64,000 nucleotides of DNA. It comes from Candidatus Eiseniibacteriota bacterium (GTDB lineage: Bacteria; Eisenbacteria; RBG-16-71-46). The stretch lies in contig CAVZLN010000003.1 of NCBI GenBank assembly GCA_963776245.1, positions 192,001-256,000 of the forward strand, read 5' to 3'. This document shows, piece after piece, positions 42,780 through 57,308 of this stretch; position 1 is the first letter of the stretch; each line of letters starts with the position of its first letter. The notes beneath the pieces were generated by a model. It was not told the DNA's origin. It did not search any database and was given only the letters and a program-made list of their open reading frames with translations. The translations under genes and the position numbers were made by a program.

Positions 42780-43632
42780 ACCGGCGGCGGCGGGTTCCCG
42801 CGCCGCGGCCGAGCCGATGCGGCCCGCGCCGTGGCGCATCCTCCGGACCAGCGCCGAGACCCGCGACACTTTCACGCTCGCGCTCGAGCCCGCGGACCCG
42901 GGGGCGACGTACGCGTTCCGGCCCGGGCAGTTCAACATGCTGTACACGTTCGGGGTCGGCGAGGTGCCGATCTCGATGAGCGGCCCCCCGGGCGAGGGCC
43001 GGCGCGTGATCCACACGCTGCGCGCGGTCGGCCCGGTGACCCAGACCTTCCAGCGCCTCAAGCGCGGCGAGGTGGTCGGCCTGCGCGGGCCGTACGGCAC
43101 CGCGTGGCCGGTGGAGCGGGCCACCGGGCAGGACGTCGTGGTGGTCGCGGGCGGCATCGGGCTCGCGCCGCTGCGCCCGGCGATCTATCACCTGCTCGCC
43201 CATCGCCCGCAGTACGGACGCGTGATGCTCCTGTTCGGAGCGCGCACCCCCGACGACATCCTGTTCGCGCGCGAGCTGGAGAACTGGCGCGGGCGGTTCG
43301 ACATCGACGTGGGCATCACCGTGGACCGCGCCCAGCCCGGCTGGCACGGCCAGGTCGGGGTGGTCACCACGCTCATCCCGCGCGCCGCGTTCGACCCCGC
43401 CAACACGGTCGCGTTCGTGTGCGGGCCCGAGATCATGATGCGGTTCGCGGCGCGCGACCTGGAGAACCGCGGGGTGCTTCCCGGGCGCATCTGGCTGTCG
43501 ATGGAGCGCAACATGCGGTGCGCGGTCGGACTGTGCGGGCACTGCCAGTTCGGCGCCGTGTTCGTCTGCCGGGATGGCCCGGTGTTCCGCTACGACACGC
43601 TGGCGCCGCTGCTCGCGGTGCGGGAGCTCTGA
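42763..43632 (+). CDS. group 3b hydrogenase FAD/NAD(P)-binding subunit (HydG-like)
   Basis: [48 protein letters not shown]. Confidence 0.9.
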   Translation: MPTTTEPAAAGSRAAAEPMRPAPWRILRTSAETRDTFTLALEPADPGATYAFRPGQFNMLYTFGVGEVPISMSGPPGEGRRVIHTLRAVGPVTQTFQRLKRGEVVGLRGPYGTAWPVERATGQDVVVVAGGIGLAPLRPAIYHLLAHRPQYGRVMLLFGARTPDDILFARELENWRGRFDIDVGITVDRAQPGWHGQVGVVTTLIPRAAFDPANTVAFVCGPEIMMRFAARDLENRGVLPGRIWLSMERNMRCAVGLCGHCQFGAVFVCRDGPVFRYDTLAPLLAVREL

Positions 43633-43634
43633 CC

Positions 43635-44406
43635 ATGGCCGCCCGGAACCGCAAACCGCGCCTCGCGGTGTGGAAGTTCGCCTCGTGTGACGGATGTCAG
43701 CTCTCGATCCTCGACTGCGAGGACGAGCTCCTGACGCTCGCCGGGGCGGTGCACATCGCCCACTTCGCCGAGGCGTCGCGCGCGCTCGAGAAGGGGCCCT
43801 ACGACCTCTCACTGGTGGAGGGCTCGATCACCACGCCGCACGACGCCGAGCGCATCCACGCCGTCCGCCGCGCCTCGAAGGTGCTGGTCGCGATCGGCGC
43901 GTGCGCCACCACCGGCGGCATCCAGGCGCTGCGGAACTTCGCCGAGGTGAAGGACTGGGTCTCGATGGTGTACGCCAGCCCGGAGCACATCGACACGCTG
44001 CGCACCTCCACCCCGATCGCGAACCACGTGCGGGTGGACTACGAGCTGCAGGGCTGCCCGGTGGACAAGCACCAGTTGCTCGAGGTGGTGCGGGCGTTCA
44101 TCGCCGGGCGGCGTCCGGCACTTCCGGCGCACAGCGTGTGCACCGAGTGCAAGCGCCGCGGCACCGCCTGCGTGGTGGTCGCCGCCGGGCTGCCCTGCCT
44201 CGGGCCGGTGACCCGCACCGGGTGCGGCGCGCTGTGCCCGTCCTTCGCCCGCGGCTGCTACGGCTGCTTCGGGCCGGTGCGTGGCGCCAACACCGCCGCG
44301 CTCGGCCAGCTCCTCCACGATCTCGGCCTCGACGCTCCGGCGGTGGTGCGCGCGTTCCGCAGCTTCAACGCCGGCGCGGAGGCGTTCCGCAAAGCGAGTG
44401 AACTCC

Positions 44407-44432
<26 letters not shown>
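43635..44432 (+). CDS. group 3b hydrogenase small subunit (HydD-like)
   Basis: [54 protein letters not shown]. Confidence 0.9.
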
Positions 44433-45723
<1,291 letters not shown>

Positions 45724-45736
45724 CGAGGCCGGCCCG

Positions 45737-46174
45737 ATGCGGCGCGTGATCGGCATCGGCAACGACCTCCGCGGCGACGACGCGGCCGGGCCGGAGGCGG
45801 TGCGCCGCCTGCGGGCCCGCGCCCTGCCCGGCCTCGAGGTGGTCGCTTGCGCCGCCGATCCGCAGGCGCTGCTCGAAGCGTGGAGCGGCGGCGACGACGT
45901 GACCGTGGTGGACGCGATGCGCAGCGGCGCGCCGCCGGGCACCGTGACGCGCTTCGACGCGGCCCGCGGGCCGCTGCCGCTGGAGGGCTTCCGCAGCTCC
46001 ACGCACGGGCTCGGCGTGGCCGCGGCGGTGGAGCTGGCACGCGCCCTCGGGAGGCTGCCCGCCCGGCTGGAGATCGTGGGCATCGAGGGCGCCCGCTGGG
46101 ATCACGGCGCGGCGCTGTCCCCGGAGGTCGGCGCGGCCCTCGAGCGCTGGATCGAAGGCCTCGCCACCGCGTGA
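45737..46174 (+). CDS. hydrogenase maturation protease
   Basis: IGIGNDLRGDDAAG, VVDAM, STHGLG. Confidence 0.9.
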   Translation: MRRVIGIGNDLRGDDAAGPEAVRRLRARALPGLEVVACAADPQALLEAWSGGDDVTVVDAMRSGAPPGTVTRFDAARGPLPLEGFRSSTHGLGVAAAVELARALGRLPARLEIVGIEGARWDHGAALSPEVGAALERWIEGLATA

Positions 46175-46178
46175 GCGG

Positions 46179-47663
46179 TCAGACGTTCGCGCTCTCGTAC
46201 TTCCGGATCCAGAGCGAGTAGAGCCAGATCCCCACCGCCGCGGCGAACCCGAGCGCCACGAACGGGAACCACACCTGGTACGGGTGGTAGGTGTCCCACA
46301 GCAGGCGGGTGGCGGCGTTCGGGTCCATGCCGACCGCCTTCTGGAGCGCGTCCATCGCCGTCGTGCGGTCCACCCCCGCGGGCACGCCGCCCGCCCGCTC
46401 GGCGAGGTAGCGCAGCGCGAGGGCCGCCTTCTCGCCGAACCTCGGGTAGAGGTTCCCGGCGACCAGCGAGCCGATGATCCAGCCGATCGCGAACGGCATG
46501 TTGGCGTAGCCCATGTAGAGCGCCTTCTGTCCCTCCGGCGCGATGACGCCGAGGTACTCGTTCATCTTCGGGCTCGAGAGCATCTCGCCCAGCGAGAAGC
46601 ACAGGATGCCGAGCACGCACAGCCCGCCCGCCATGCTGAAGCCGGCGATCAGCAGGCCGGTCGAGGCGATGGTGATCCCGAGCAGGATGGAGTGCACGCG
46701 CTTCATGCGGGCGGCGATCGCCGACACCGCGACCACGCACAGCACGATCAGGCCGGCGTTGGCGTTGATGAGCCATTCCTGCGAGATCATGGTCCCGCGC
46801 GGGGTCTCCTGCGCGATCGCCGGCACCACCGCCGCGAGCAGCGGGGTCGACTGCAGGGCCTGCACCAGCGACCGCGAGTCCACCCAGTCCACGATGTAGT
46901 TGGGGAGCAGGTCGAACAGCTGCATGAACATCAGCCAGAAGCCCGACATGATCAGGATGAACAGGAACAACTGCGGGCGGACCAGGTTCACGATGGTGGT
47001 CTTCAGCACCCGCCCCACGCCGCCGGTCGGGACGACCCCGGAGGACACGTTGGGATAGGTGAACAGCATGAGGTAGTTGAGCGACAGGATGGCGGCCGAG
47101 CCGGTGAACACCATCGGCCAGGAGAGCCCCTTGAGGAAGTGCGCGAGGGGCGGCCCGAGGAAGCCCCCGATGTTCACCACCATGTAGAACATGCCCCAGC
47201 CGACCGACGAATTGCGGTCGTTGAGGCTGCGCACCAGCGTGCCCTGCAGCCCGGGCTTGAAGATCGCGGTGCCGAGCCCGACGGTGCAGCACGCGAGCAG
47301 GAACGGCAGGTAGACGCGCTGCGTGGCCATCAGGGCGTAGCCGAGGATGGTGATGGTGGTCGCGATGGCGATGGTCTTCTTGTAGCCGAAGCGATCGGCG
47401 AAGCCGCCCGAGACGATCGGCACCCCCGCCTGCACCGCGGCCCAGCAGGCGTAGATGAACGCCTTCTGCGCCATGGTGAAGTGCAGGCCGGCGGGCTCGT
47501 CGGCCTGCGCGATGTAGATCGGGACGACCACGCGCACGCCGTAGTACGCGAGGCGCTCGATCATCTCCATGAGGTTCACCATCCAGAACGGGCGCGGCAG
47601 GGCGCCGAGCTGGGCGAGGGCGCCGCGCGGCTCGGGCGCGGCGACGGCGGGTGCATGCGACAC
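46179..47663 (-). CDS. MFS transporter (POT/peptide-like)
   Basis: EMIERLAYYG, GGFADRFGY, IFKP, FYMVVNIGG, GEMLSSP. Confidence 0.85.
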   Translation of the reverse strand: MSHAPAVAAPEPRGALAQLGALPRPFWMVNLMEMIERLAYYGVRVVVPIYIAQADEPAGLHFTMAQKAFIYACWAAVQAGVPIVSGGFADRFGYKKTIAIATTITILGYALMATQRVYLPFLLACCTVGLGTAIFKPGLQGTLVRSLNDRNSSVGWGMFYMVVNIGGFLGPPLAHFLKGLSWPMVFTGSAAILSLNYLMLFTYPNVSSGVVPTGGVGRVLKTTIVNLVRPQLFLFILIMSGFWLMFMQLFDLLPNYIVDWVDSRSLVQALQSTPLLAAVVPAIAQETPRGTMISQEWLINANAGLIVLCVVAVSAIAARMKRVHSILLGITIASTGLLIAGFSMAGGLCVLGILCFSLGEMLSSPKMNEYLGVIAPEGQKALYMGYANMPFAIGWIIGSLVAGNLYPRFGEKAALALRYLAERAGGVPAGVDRTTAMDALQKAVGMDPNAATRLLWDTYHPYQVWFPFVALGFAAAVGIWLYSLWIRKYESANV

Positions 47664-47738
47664 GGTGGGTCCTCCCGAAGAAGGGCGGCCCGCCGGGGCC
47701 GCCCCTCGTGGTCGTGCGCGGGTGGCCGCGCTACGGCG

Positions 47739-48437
47739 TCACTGCACCTGGATCGTGAGCTTGACGATCGACAGCGGCTCGGTGGTGCGTCCGCTCTGCG
47801 AGCCCTTGGCCTCGAGCGCGGCCAGCACGTCGAGCCCGCTCGTGACCTCGCCGAAGATGGTGTGCTTGCCGTCGAGGAACGGCGTCGGCACGAAGGTGAG
47901 GAAGAATTGGCTGCCGTCGGTGCCGGGTCCGGCGTTGGCCATCGAGAGCATGCCGGGCTTGTCGTGCGAGACGCCGGGCTTGAACTCGCCCGCGAACTGG
48001 TAGCCCGGACCGCCGGTGCCGGTGCCGAGCGGGCAGCCGCCCTGCGCCATGAACCTGGGGATCACGCGGTGGAACGAGAGGCCGTCGTAGAACCCCAGCT
48101 TCGCCAGGTAGATGAACGAGGTCACGTGCATCGGCGCCACGTCGGGCCGCAGCTTGATCGTGAGCGTGCCCTTGTTGGTCTCCATGATCGCGTTGTACGT
48201 GTGCGCGGGATCGAACGTGGCCACCGTGGGCTTCGTCAGGTGGGTGCGCCAGCCGGTCGCCGACTTGTCCACCTTCGCGGCGTCGATCTGGGCCTGGATC
48301 TGCTGCATGGCGGAGTCCTTCGGCTTGACGAGTGGGGCAGCGGTGGCCGGCTTCGTCCCGCTGGAACGGGTCGGCGACGGGGTGGTGCCGGGGGTCACGG
48401 CGGCGAGCACGAGCACGGCGGTGAGCAGGAGGTTCAT
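47739..48437 (-). CDS. secreted cyclophilin-type peptidyl-prolyl isomerase
   Basis: Signal peptide; FYDGLSFHRVIPRFMAQGG, LSMANAGPGTDGSQFF, LDGKHTIFGEV. Confidence 0.92.
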   Translation of the reverse strand: MNLLLTAVLVLAAVTPGTTPSPTRSSGTKPATAAPLVKPKDSAMQQIQAQIDAAKVDKSATGWRTHLTKPTVATFDPAHTYNAIMETNKGTLTIKLRPDVAPMHVTSFIYLAKLGFYDGLSFHRVIPRFMAQGGCPLGTGTGGPGYQFAGEFKPGVSHDKPGMLSMANAGPGTDGSQFFLTFVPTPFLDGKHTIFGEVTSGLDVLAALEAKGSQSGRTTEPLSIVKLTIQVQ

Positions 48438-48581
48438 GTTCGGATTCCTCGGTTCGGAGTCGTCCCATGGGGAGCTTCGCGCGGCGCGTGGCGCGCGCTT
48501 CTGCGGCGCGTTACGGTACACCGAGCGGCGGCTCGCGGCCAACCCTCCCGGCCCGGACGCCCGGGGCCGGGGGGCGAGCCG

Positions 48582-49805
48582 ATGCTCGACGGACGCATCC
48601 AGGACGTGGCCGTGATCGGCGGCGGCATCGTCGGCCTCGCCACCGCGCGCGCGCTCGCGCGCGCCAGCGCCGCCACGGTCGCCGTGCTCGAGGCCGAGGA
48701 CGGGCTGGCCGCCCACCAGACCGGGCACAACAGCGGCGTGATGCACTCCGGGCTCTACTACCGCCCCGGTTCACTCAAGGCCCGGCTGTGCGTCGCGGGC
48801 CGGCGCGCGCTGATCGAGCTGTGCGCCGAGCACGGCGTGGCGCACGAGGTCTGCGGCAAGCTGGTGGTGGCGACGCGCCCCGACGAACTGCCGCGCCTCG
48901 ACGAGCTCGAACGCCGCGGGCGCGCCAACGGACTCGAGGGGCTCGAGCGCCTCGGCCCCGGGGCGCTGCGCGAGCGCGAGCCCCATGTCGCGGGCCGGGC
49001 GGCGCTGCTGGTGCCCGCGACCGGCATCGTGGACTTCGCGGCCGCCACCGCGGCGTGCGCCGCCGACCTCGGCGCCGCCGGCGGCACGGTGCACACCGGC
49101 GCGCGCGTCGCGCGGGCGCGCCGCACGGCGGACGGCTTCGTCCTCGAGAGCGCACGCGGCGCGCTCCAGGCCCGGCACGTGATCGGCTGCGCCGGCCTCC
49201 ACGCCGATCGCGTCGCGCGCGCCTGCGGCGCCGATCCGGGCGCGTCGATCGTGCCGTTCCGGGGCGAGTACTGGGCCCTCGCTCCCGGTCGCCTGCACCT
49301 CGTGAACCACCTGGTCTATCCGGTGCCGGACCCGCGTTTCCCCTTCCTCGGGGTGCACTTCACCCGGCTGGTGCGCGGCGGTGTCGAGGCCGGCCCGAAC
49401 GCGGTCCTGGCACTCGCCCGCCACGGCTATCGCCGGCGCGATGTCTCGCCGCGCGACCTCGCCGAGATGCTCGCCTACGGAGGCTTCTGGCGCATGGCGT
49501 CGCGCCACCTGGGCCGCGGTCTCGAGGAGTCGTGGCGCTCGCACGTGAAGCGCGCGTTCGTCGCGGCGTTGCAGCGGTTGGTGCCCGAGCTGCGCGAGGA
49601 CGACGTCACCCCCGCGGGCGCGGGGGTACGGGCCCAGGCGCTGGGCCCCGATGGCGCGCTGCTCGACGACTTCCACCTCGTGCACGCCGAGCGCGGCCTG
49701 CACGTGATCAACGCGCCGTCGCCCGCGGCCACCGCGGCGCTCGCGATCGGCGGGCATGTCGCGGCGCTCGCGATCGAGCGCTTCGGGCTCCGCGGCCGGG
49801 GTTGA
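48582..49805 (+). CDS. lhgO: L-2-hydroxyglutarate oxidase
   Basis: IGGGIVG, HQTGHNSGVMHSGLYY, YPVPDPRFPFLGVHFT, GVRAQA, NAPSPAATA. Confidence 0.88.
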   Translation: MLDGRIQDVAVIGGGIVGLATARALARASAATVAVLEAEDGLAAHQTGHNSGVMHSGLYYRPGSLKARLCVAGRRALIELCAEHGVAHEVCGKLVVATRPDELPRLDELERRGRANGLEGLERLGPGALREREPHVAGRAALLVPATGIVDFAAATAACAADLGAAGGTVHTGARVARARRTADGFVLESARGALQARHVIGCAGLHADRVARACGADPGASIVPFRGEYWALAPGRLHLVNHLVYPVPDPRFPFLGVHFTRLVRGGVEAGPNAVLALARHGYRRRDVSPRDLAEMLAYGGFWRMASRHLGRGLEESWRSHVKRAFVAALQRLVPELREDDVTPAGAGVRAQALGPDGALLDDFHLVHAERGLHVINAPSPAATAALAIGGHVAALAIERFGLRGRG

Positions 49806-50046
49806 GGAACGCGCGCCGGCCGGCATCACAAGGACTCGTCAAGTTTCGTGACAAGCCGGCGTCAAAATGGCGGGCGGGCCCGCGGACGTCGTGGTGCGCG
49901 CCGCCGATCGGGTCGAGGCTGGTGGAGTCGTCGCCGTCCCACTCGATCGTTCACGCGTCTTCACTCCACCGCTCCCGGTCACCCGCGCCGCCGCACCGCG
50001 ACGGCGCGCCGCCGCCCGCCGCGAGCGCCTCATGAGGGATCCCGTC

Positions 50047-51342
50047 ATGGCCACCGTGATCACCAAGCCGTTCAACTCCTTCGAGATCGCCCAGGCCCAG
50101 TTCGACCATGTGGCGGCGATGATCGGTCTGGACGAACCGACCCGCGACCTGCTGCGCTCGCCGCTGCGCGAGTTCGCCTTCGCGATCCCGGTGCGCATGG
50201 ATGACGGGCGCACCCAGGTGTTCCGCGGGTTCCGCGTCCAGCACAACGACGCCCGCGGGCCTTCGAAGGGCGGCATCCGCTTCCACCCGCAGGAGACCCA
50301 CGACACGGTGCGGGCGCTGGCGATGTGGATGACCTGGAAGTGCGCGGTGGTCGACATCCCGCTCGGCGGCGCGAAGGGCGGCGTGGTGTGCGACCCGCAC
50401 AACCTCAGCGCGCGCGAACAGGAGCGCATCTGCCGTGGCTGGGTGCGCCAGATCGTGCGCAACGTGGGCCCCAACCTCGACGTGCCCGCCCCGGACGTGA
50501 TGACCAACGCGCAGCACATGCTGTGGATGCTGGACGAGTACGAGGTCCTCACCGGGGGCAAGCACCCCGGCTTCATCACCGGCAAGCCGGTCGGCATGGG
50601 GGGCTCGCTGGGCCGCACCGAGGCCACCGGCTACGGCGTGGTCTTCACGCTGCGCGAGGCGCTGCGCGAGCTCGGCCTGGATCCCCACTCGACGCGCGCC
50701 AGCGTCCAGGGGTTCGGCAATGTCGCCCAGTATGCGATCCGCCTCTACGCCCAGCTCGGCGGCCGGACCGTGTGCGTGTCCTGCTGGGACCAGAAGGACC
50801 AGACCTCGTACTCGTTCCGCCGCGACGAGGGCGTGGACGTGGACGACCTGCTTTCGATCACCGATCCGTTCGGCGGCATCGACAAGACGCGCGCGCCGAA
50901 GCTCGGCTACCAGGTGCTGCCGGGGGACGCGTGGATCGAGCAGCCGGTGGAGATCCTGATGCCGAACGCGATCGAGAACCAGATCACCCCCGACACCGTC
51001 GGACGCATCCACCCGGCGGTGAAGGTGATCGCCGAGGGCGCGAACGGTCCGACCACCACGGAGGCCGATGCGGTGCTGAAGGAGCGCGGGATCTTCGTGA
51101 TCCCCGACTTCCTCGCCAACGCTGGGGGCGTGACCTGCAGCTACTTCGAGCAGGTCCAGAGCAATCTCAACTACTACTGGGAGAAGGACGAGGTCCTCGG
51201 CAAGCTCGACGTCAAGATGACCTCGGCGTTCCACGCGGTGCACGAGGTGGCGAAGAAGCGCAAGCTCTACATGCGCGACGCCGCCTACGTCATCGCGATC
51301 AACCGGGTCGCCCAGGCCTGCCGGGACCGCGGCTGGGTGTGA
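50047..51342 (+). CDS. gdhA: Glu/Leu/Phe/Val dehydrogenase (glutamate dehydrogenase)
   Basis: FRVQHN, KGGIRFHP, MTWKCA, GGAKGG, PAPDV, TGKP, QGFGNV, EGANGP, PDFLANAGGVTCSYFE. Confidence 0.88.
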   Translation: MATVITKPFNSFEIAQAQFDHVAAMIGLDEPTRDLLRSPLREFAFAIPVRMDDGRTQVFRGFRVQHNDARGPSKGGIRFHPQETHDTVRALAMWMTWKCAVVDIPLGGAKGGVVCDPHNLSAREQERICRGWVRQIVRNVGPNLDVPAPDVMTNAQHMLWMLDEYEVLTGGKHPGFITGKPVGMGGSLGRTEATGYGVVFTLREALRELGLDPHSTRASVQGFGNVAQYAIRLYAQLGGRTVCVSCWDQKDQTSYSFRRDEGVDVDDLLSITDPFGGIDKTRAPKLGYQVLPGDAWIEQPVEILMPNAIENQITPDTVGRIHPAVKVIAEGANGPTTTEADAVLKERGIFVIPDFLANAGGVTCSYFEQVQSNLNYYWEKDEVLGKLDVKMTSAFHAVHEVAKKRKLYMRDAAYVIAINRVAQACRDRGWV

Positions 51343-51406
51343 CCCTCGCGCGCGCCGGTGCGGGAGTCGCCTCCGGGCGGCTCCCGCCCGGCGCGACCCG
51401 GACCCC

Positions 51407-53169
<1,763 letters not shown>

Positions 53170-53173
<4 letters not shown>

Positions 53174-56100
53174 CGGACCCGGCACGCCCGGTCGATCAGG
53201 TGCTGCGCGCGCTGCAGGAGCGGGCGAAGGAGCTCAACTGCCTCTATCGCGTCGAGGAGCTCCTGCACGACAACGCGCACCCGCTCGAGGACGCGCTCGC
53301 GGCGGTCGCCAGCGCGCTGCCCGCGGGCTGGCAGTACCCGGCGCACTGTCAGCCGCGCATCGTCCTGCGCGACCTCGACGTGCGTCCGCCCGGGTTCGCC
53401 GAGACCCCGTGGCTCCAGCGCGCCACCATCGAGCTGCAGGGGGAACCGATCGGCTGGGTCGGGGTGTACTACGACCGCCACTTCCCCGACGCCGACGACG
53501 GACCGTTCCTCAAGGAGGAACGCCGCCTCATCGAGACCATCGCCGCGCGCATCGGCCAGGCGGTGCAGCATCGCGAGCTGGCCGAGGTGTTCGCGGCCAC
53601 CCGCGACGCCGGGCCCGAGGTCCACGAGGACTGGCGCATCGTGGTGGACCTGCTGCACCGCACCGACCAGCGCCTCTACCACCGCATCGCGCGCAAGCTG
53701 CTCAATCGGCTCTCGCGCAGCGGCGTGGAGGCCGCGCGCGACCTGCTGGCGCGACTGACCGGGGCGGTCGAGCGCGAGGCGACGCTCGAGGACGAGAACC
53801 GGCCGGTGCCCCGCACCGCGCCCGCGGACCTCGACCGCATCGCGGCCGAGACGTTCCATATCGCGAGCGAGCACCTGAGCCGCGGGGAGCTGCTGTCGGC
53901 GCTCCAGGTGTGGATCAAGGAGGACCGCGTCCGCTTCCTGCTGCTCGCGCTCGAGAGCGGCGACACTTCGCTGCCCGAGATCACCAACGCGCTCGAGCGT
54001 TTCCAGCACACCGGACTCGACGCGCACGACCTCTCGACCGCGATGCACATGGGCATCAAGGCGTCGCTCGTCCGCCGCCTGCTGAGCGACCACCTCGACT
54101 TCATCAACTCCTGCCGGCGCTGGGTCGAGATCGAGGACTTCTACGACCTCGTCGCCCACACCATCCAGCTGCCCAAGAGCCATGGGCGGCTGGGCGGCAA
54201 GACCAGCGGCCTGTTCCTGGCCTCGCGCATCCTCGCGCGCACCCCCGAGGGGGACGGCCCGCTCCATGGCATCCGGGTGCCGAAGACCTGGTACCTGCCC
54301 TCGGACGGGATCCTGGGGTTCATCGCGCACAACAATCTGGACGACGTGTACAACTGGAAGTACCAGGACCTCGACCAGGTGCGGCAGGAGTATCCGAACC
54401 TGGTCCAGCTCTTCAAGAACTCGCGCTTCCCGGCGGAGTTCGTGCAGGGGCTCTCGACCGCGCTCGACGACTTCGGCGAGCGCCCGCTCATCGTGCGCTC
54501 GTCGAGCCTGCTGGAGGACCGCGCGGGGTCGGCGTTCTCGGGCAAGTACAAGAGCCTGTTCCTGGCCAACCAGGGGACCAAGTCCGAGCGGCTCGCCGCG
54601 CTGCTCGACGCGATCGCCGAGGTGTATTCGTCGGTGTTCGGTCCCGACCCCATCCAGTACCGCGCCGAGCGCGGGCTGCTCGACCATCACGAGGAGATGG
54701 GGATCATGATCCAGGAGGTGGTCGGCGCCCGCATCGGACGCTGGTTCCTCCCGGCCTGGGCGGGGGTGGCGTTCTCGAACAACGAGCTGCGCTGGTCGCC
54801 GCGCATCCGGCGCAAGGACGGACTGCTGCGCCTGGTGCCCGGGCTCGGGACGCGCGCGGTCGACCGGCTCGCCGACGACTACCCGGTGATCGCCGCCCCC
54901 GGCCAGCCCGGGCTCCGCGTCAACGTGAGCCCGGAGGACATCGCGCGCTACTCGCCGCGCCGGATCGACGTGATCGATCTCCAGCACAACGCCTTCCAGA
55001 CGGTCGAGCGCCACGCGCTGCTGAAGGAGATCGGCCCCGACTATCCCGACCTGCGCCGGCTGGTGTCGGTGGTCGAGCACGACATGATCCGCAGCCCGGT
55101 GGGGATGGAGCTCGACTTCCAGCGCGACCAGCTCGTGTTCACGTTCGACGGCCTGCTCGGCGACGCCACCTTCATCGAACGCATGCGCGCGCTGCTCGCG
55201 GTGCTCGAGCAGGCGCTCGGCGGCCCGGTCGACCTCGAGTTCGCCAGCGACGGGCGCGACCTGTACCTGCTCCAGTGCCGTCCCCAGAGCCATTCGCCCG
55301 ATTCCGCCCCGGCGCCGATCCCGCGCGACATCCCGCGCGAGCGCCTGCTGTTCTCGGCCAACCGCTCGATCTCGAACGGCGCGGTGCCCGAACTCACCCA
55401 CGTGGTGTACGTCGATCCCGACGCGTACGGCCGGATCGGCGATCTCAACACCATGCGCGCCGTGGGGCGCGTCATCGGACGCCTCAACAAGGTCCTGCCG
55501 AAGCGCCAGTTCGTGCTGATGGGGCCCGGGCGCTGGGGGAGCCGCGGCGACATCCGGCTGGGGGTCAGCGTCACCTACTCCGACATCAACAACACCGCCG
55601 TGCTGATCGAGATCGCGCGGCGCCGCGGCCAGTACCTGCCGGACCTCTCGTTCGGCACCCACTTCTTCCAGGACCTGGTCGAGTCCGGCATCCGCTACCT
55701 GCCGCTCTACCCCGACGACGAGGGGGTGGCGTTCAACGAGGCGTTCTTCCGGCACGCCGACAACATCCTGCCCCGCCTGCTGCCCGAGTTCGCGGAACTG
55801 GCGGACGTGGTGCGGGTGATCGACGTGCCGGCCGCCGCCGACGGCCGGGTGCTGCGGATCCTGCTCAACGCCGAGCTCGACGAGGCGGTGGGCGTGCTCA
55901 CCGAGCCGGGGCCGGCGGCGACCGCCGCCCGGCCGCTGCCCGTCCCGGCGGCGCGGTCGAGCGAGGACCATTCCCGGTGGCGCCTCGCGATGGCCCAGCG
56001 GATCGCCGCCGAGCTCGACCCCGCGCGCTTCGGCGTGCGCGCCCTGTACGTGTTCGGGAGCACCAAGAACTTCACCGCCGGCCCCGGGAGCGACCTCGAC

Positions 56101-56340
56101 GTGCTGGTGCATTTCGTCGGTACGCCGGAGCAGAGCGACGAGCTCCAGCTGTGGCTCGAGGGCTGGAGCCTGTGCCTCGCGGAGATGAACTTCCTGCGCA
56201 CCGGATATCGCTCGGAGGGGCTGCTCGACGTGCACTTCGTGACCGACGTGGACCTCGAGCGCCAGACCAGCTACGCGGTCAAGATCGGCGCGGTCACGGA
56301 CGCCGCCCGTCCGCTCCCGCTGGGGGTCCGCGGGCTCTGA
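53170..56340 (+). CDS. sensor-like + PPDK_N + nucleotidyltransferase fusion protein
   Basis: N-terminal LQERAKELNCLY..GWQYP..FLKEE; LGGKTSGL, IVRSSSLLED, FSGKY, LLQCRP, GRWGS, SFGTHFF; C-terminal YVFGST..SDLDVLV. Confidence 0.85.
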
Positions 56341-56341
56341 C

Positions 56342-57205
56342 TCAGCCGGTCGAGAGCAGTTCGCGCGTCGCGGACTCGGGACGTGCGGGGTCGAAGCGGA
56401 CCAGCGCGAGCTCCGGGCCGTCGTGAGCGGCCGAGAGGCAGTGCGTGAGTCCGATCCGATCGCGCCAGCTCCCGGTGATGCGCGCGGACTCGTGCACGTG
56501 GCCGTGGAGCGTGACGCACGGCTGGCGTTCCTCGATGAAGCGCCGGATGGCGATGCTGCCGACGTGCACGTCGAGCGGCGCGTGCTCCACGCTGCGCCCG
56601 TCGAGCGCGGCGCGGTCGAGGGCAGTCTGATAGGGCGGGGCGTGGAACAGGCACACGGCGCGCGCCAGGTCCTCGGTGCCGGTCATCGCCGCGAGGTCCT
56701 TCGCGATGGTGCCGTGGCGGCACTCCTGCTCGTCGAACGGCACCGAGTGACTGCCCTCGTCCGGTGGCGTGCAGCCCGGGTCCACGAAGCGTGAGACGTC
56801 GTAGCGCTCCCAGTCCTTGAGGCGATAGGGCGTGGGCGGCACGCAGGAGTAGCCGAACACGGTGAAGCGACCGAATCCCGTGCGCCGGCCGTGCAGGTAT
56901 TCCCAGGCGGGCCCGGCCGCCGCCGAACGGACCGTGGACTCCTCGACCCGCAGGTCGTCGTTGCCGAGGATGAGGAACACGCGTGGCGTGAGCGCGCCGA
57001 GCCGCTCGCGCAATTCCGTGAAGCCGGCCGCGACCACCTCGCGCAGGAACCTCCCGGGCGCCGCCCCCACGCCCGCCCACGAGGACGGCATGAGGTCGCC
57101 GCCGAGGAACACCGCGGTCGGCGCCTCCTCGCGCAGCACGGCGAAGAGACGCTGCCAGCGACCGGTGTCGCCGTGGAGATCCGAGACGAAATGGCAGGGC
57201 GGCAT
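56342..57205 (-). CDS. metallophosphoesterase
   Basis: SDLHG, GGDL, LGNDD, FHAPP, LHGHVHE. Confidence 0.85.
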   Translation of the reverse strand: MPPCHFVSDLHGDTGRWQRLFAVLREEAPTAVFLGGDLMPSSWAGVGAAPGRFLREVVAAGFTELRERLGALTPRVFLILGNDDLRVEESTVRSAAAGPAWEYLHGRRTGFGRFTVFGYSCVPPTPYRLKDWERYDVSRFVDPGCTPPDEGSHSVPFDEQECRHGTIAKDLAAMTGTEDLARAVCLFHAPPYQTALDRAALDGRSVEHAPLDVHVGSIAIRRFIEERQPCVTLHGHVHESARITGSWRDRIGLTHCLSAAHDGPELALVRFDPARPESATRELLSTG

Positions 57206-57308
57206 GGGACGATCCTCGTCGGCAGGATAACCCCGGTCGCCCGCGCGACGCCTCCCCCGCCGCCCTTGCGGTGGCAGTGGAACGGACCTTGGCCTATCCT
57301 GCCCGGCC

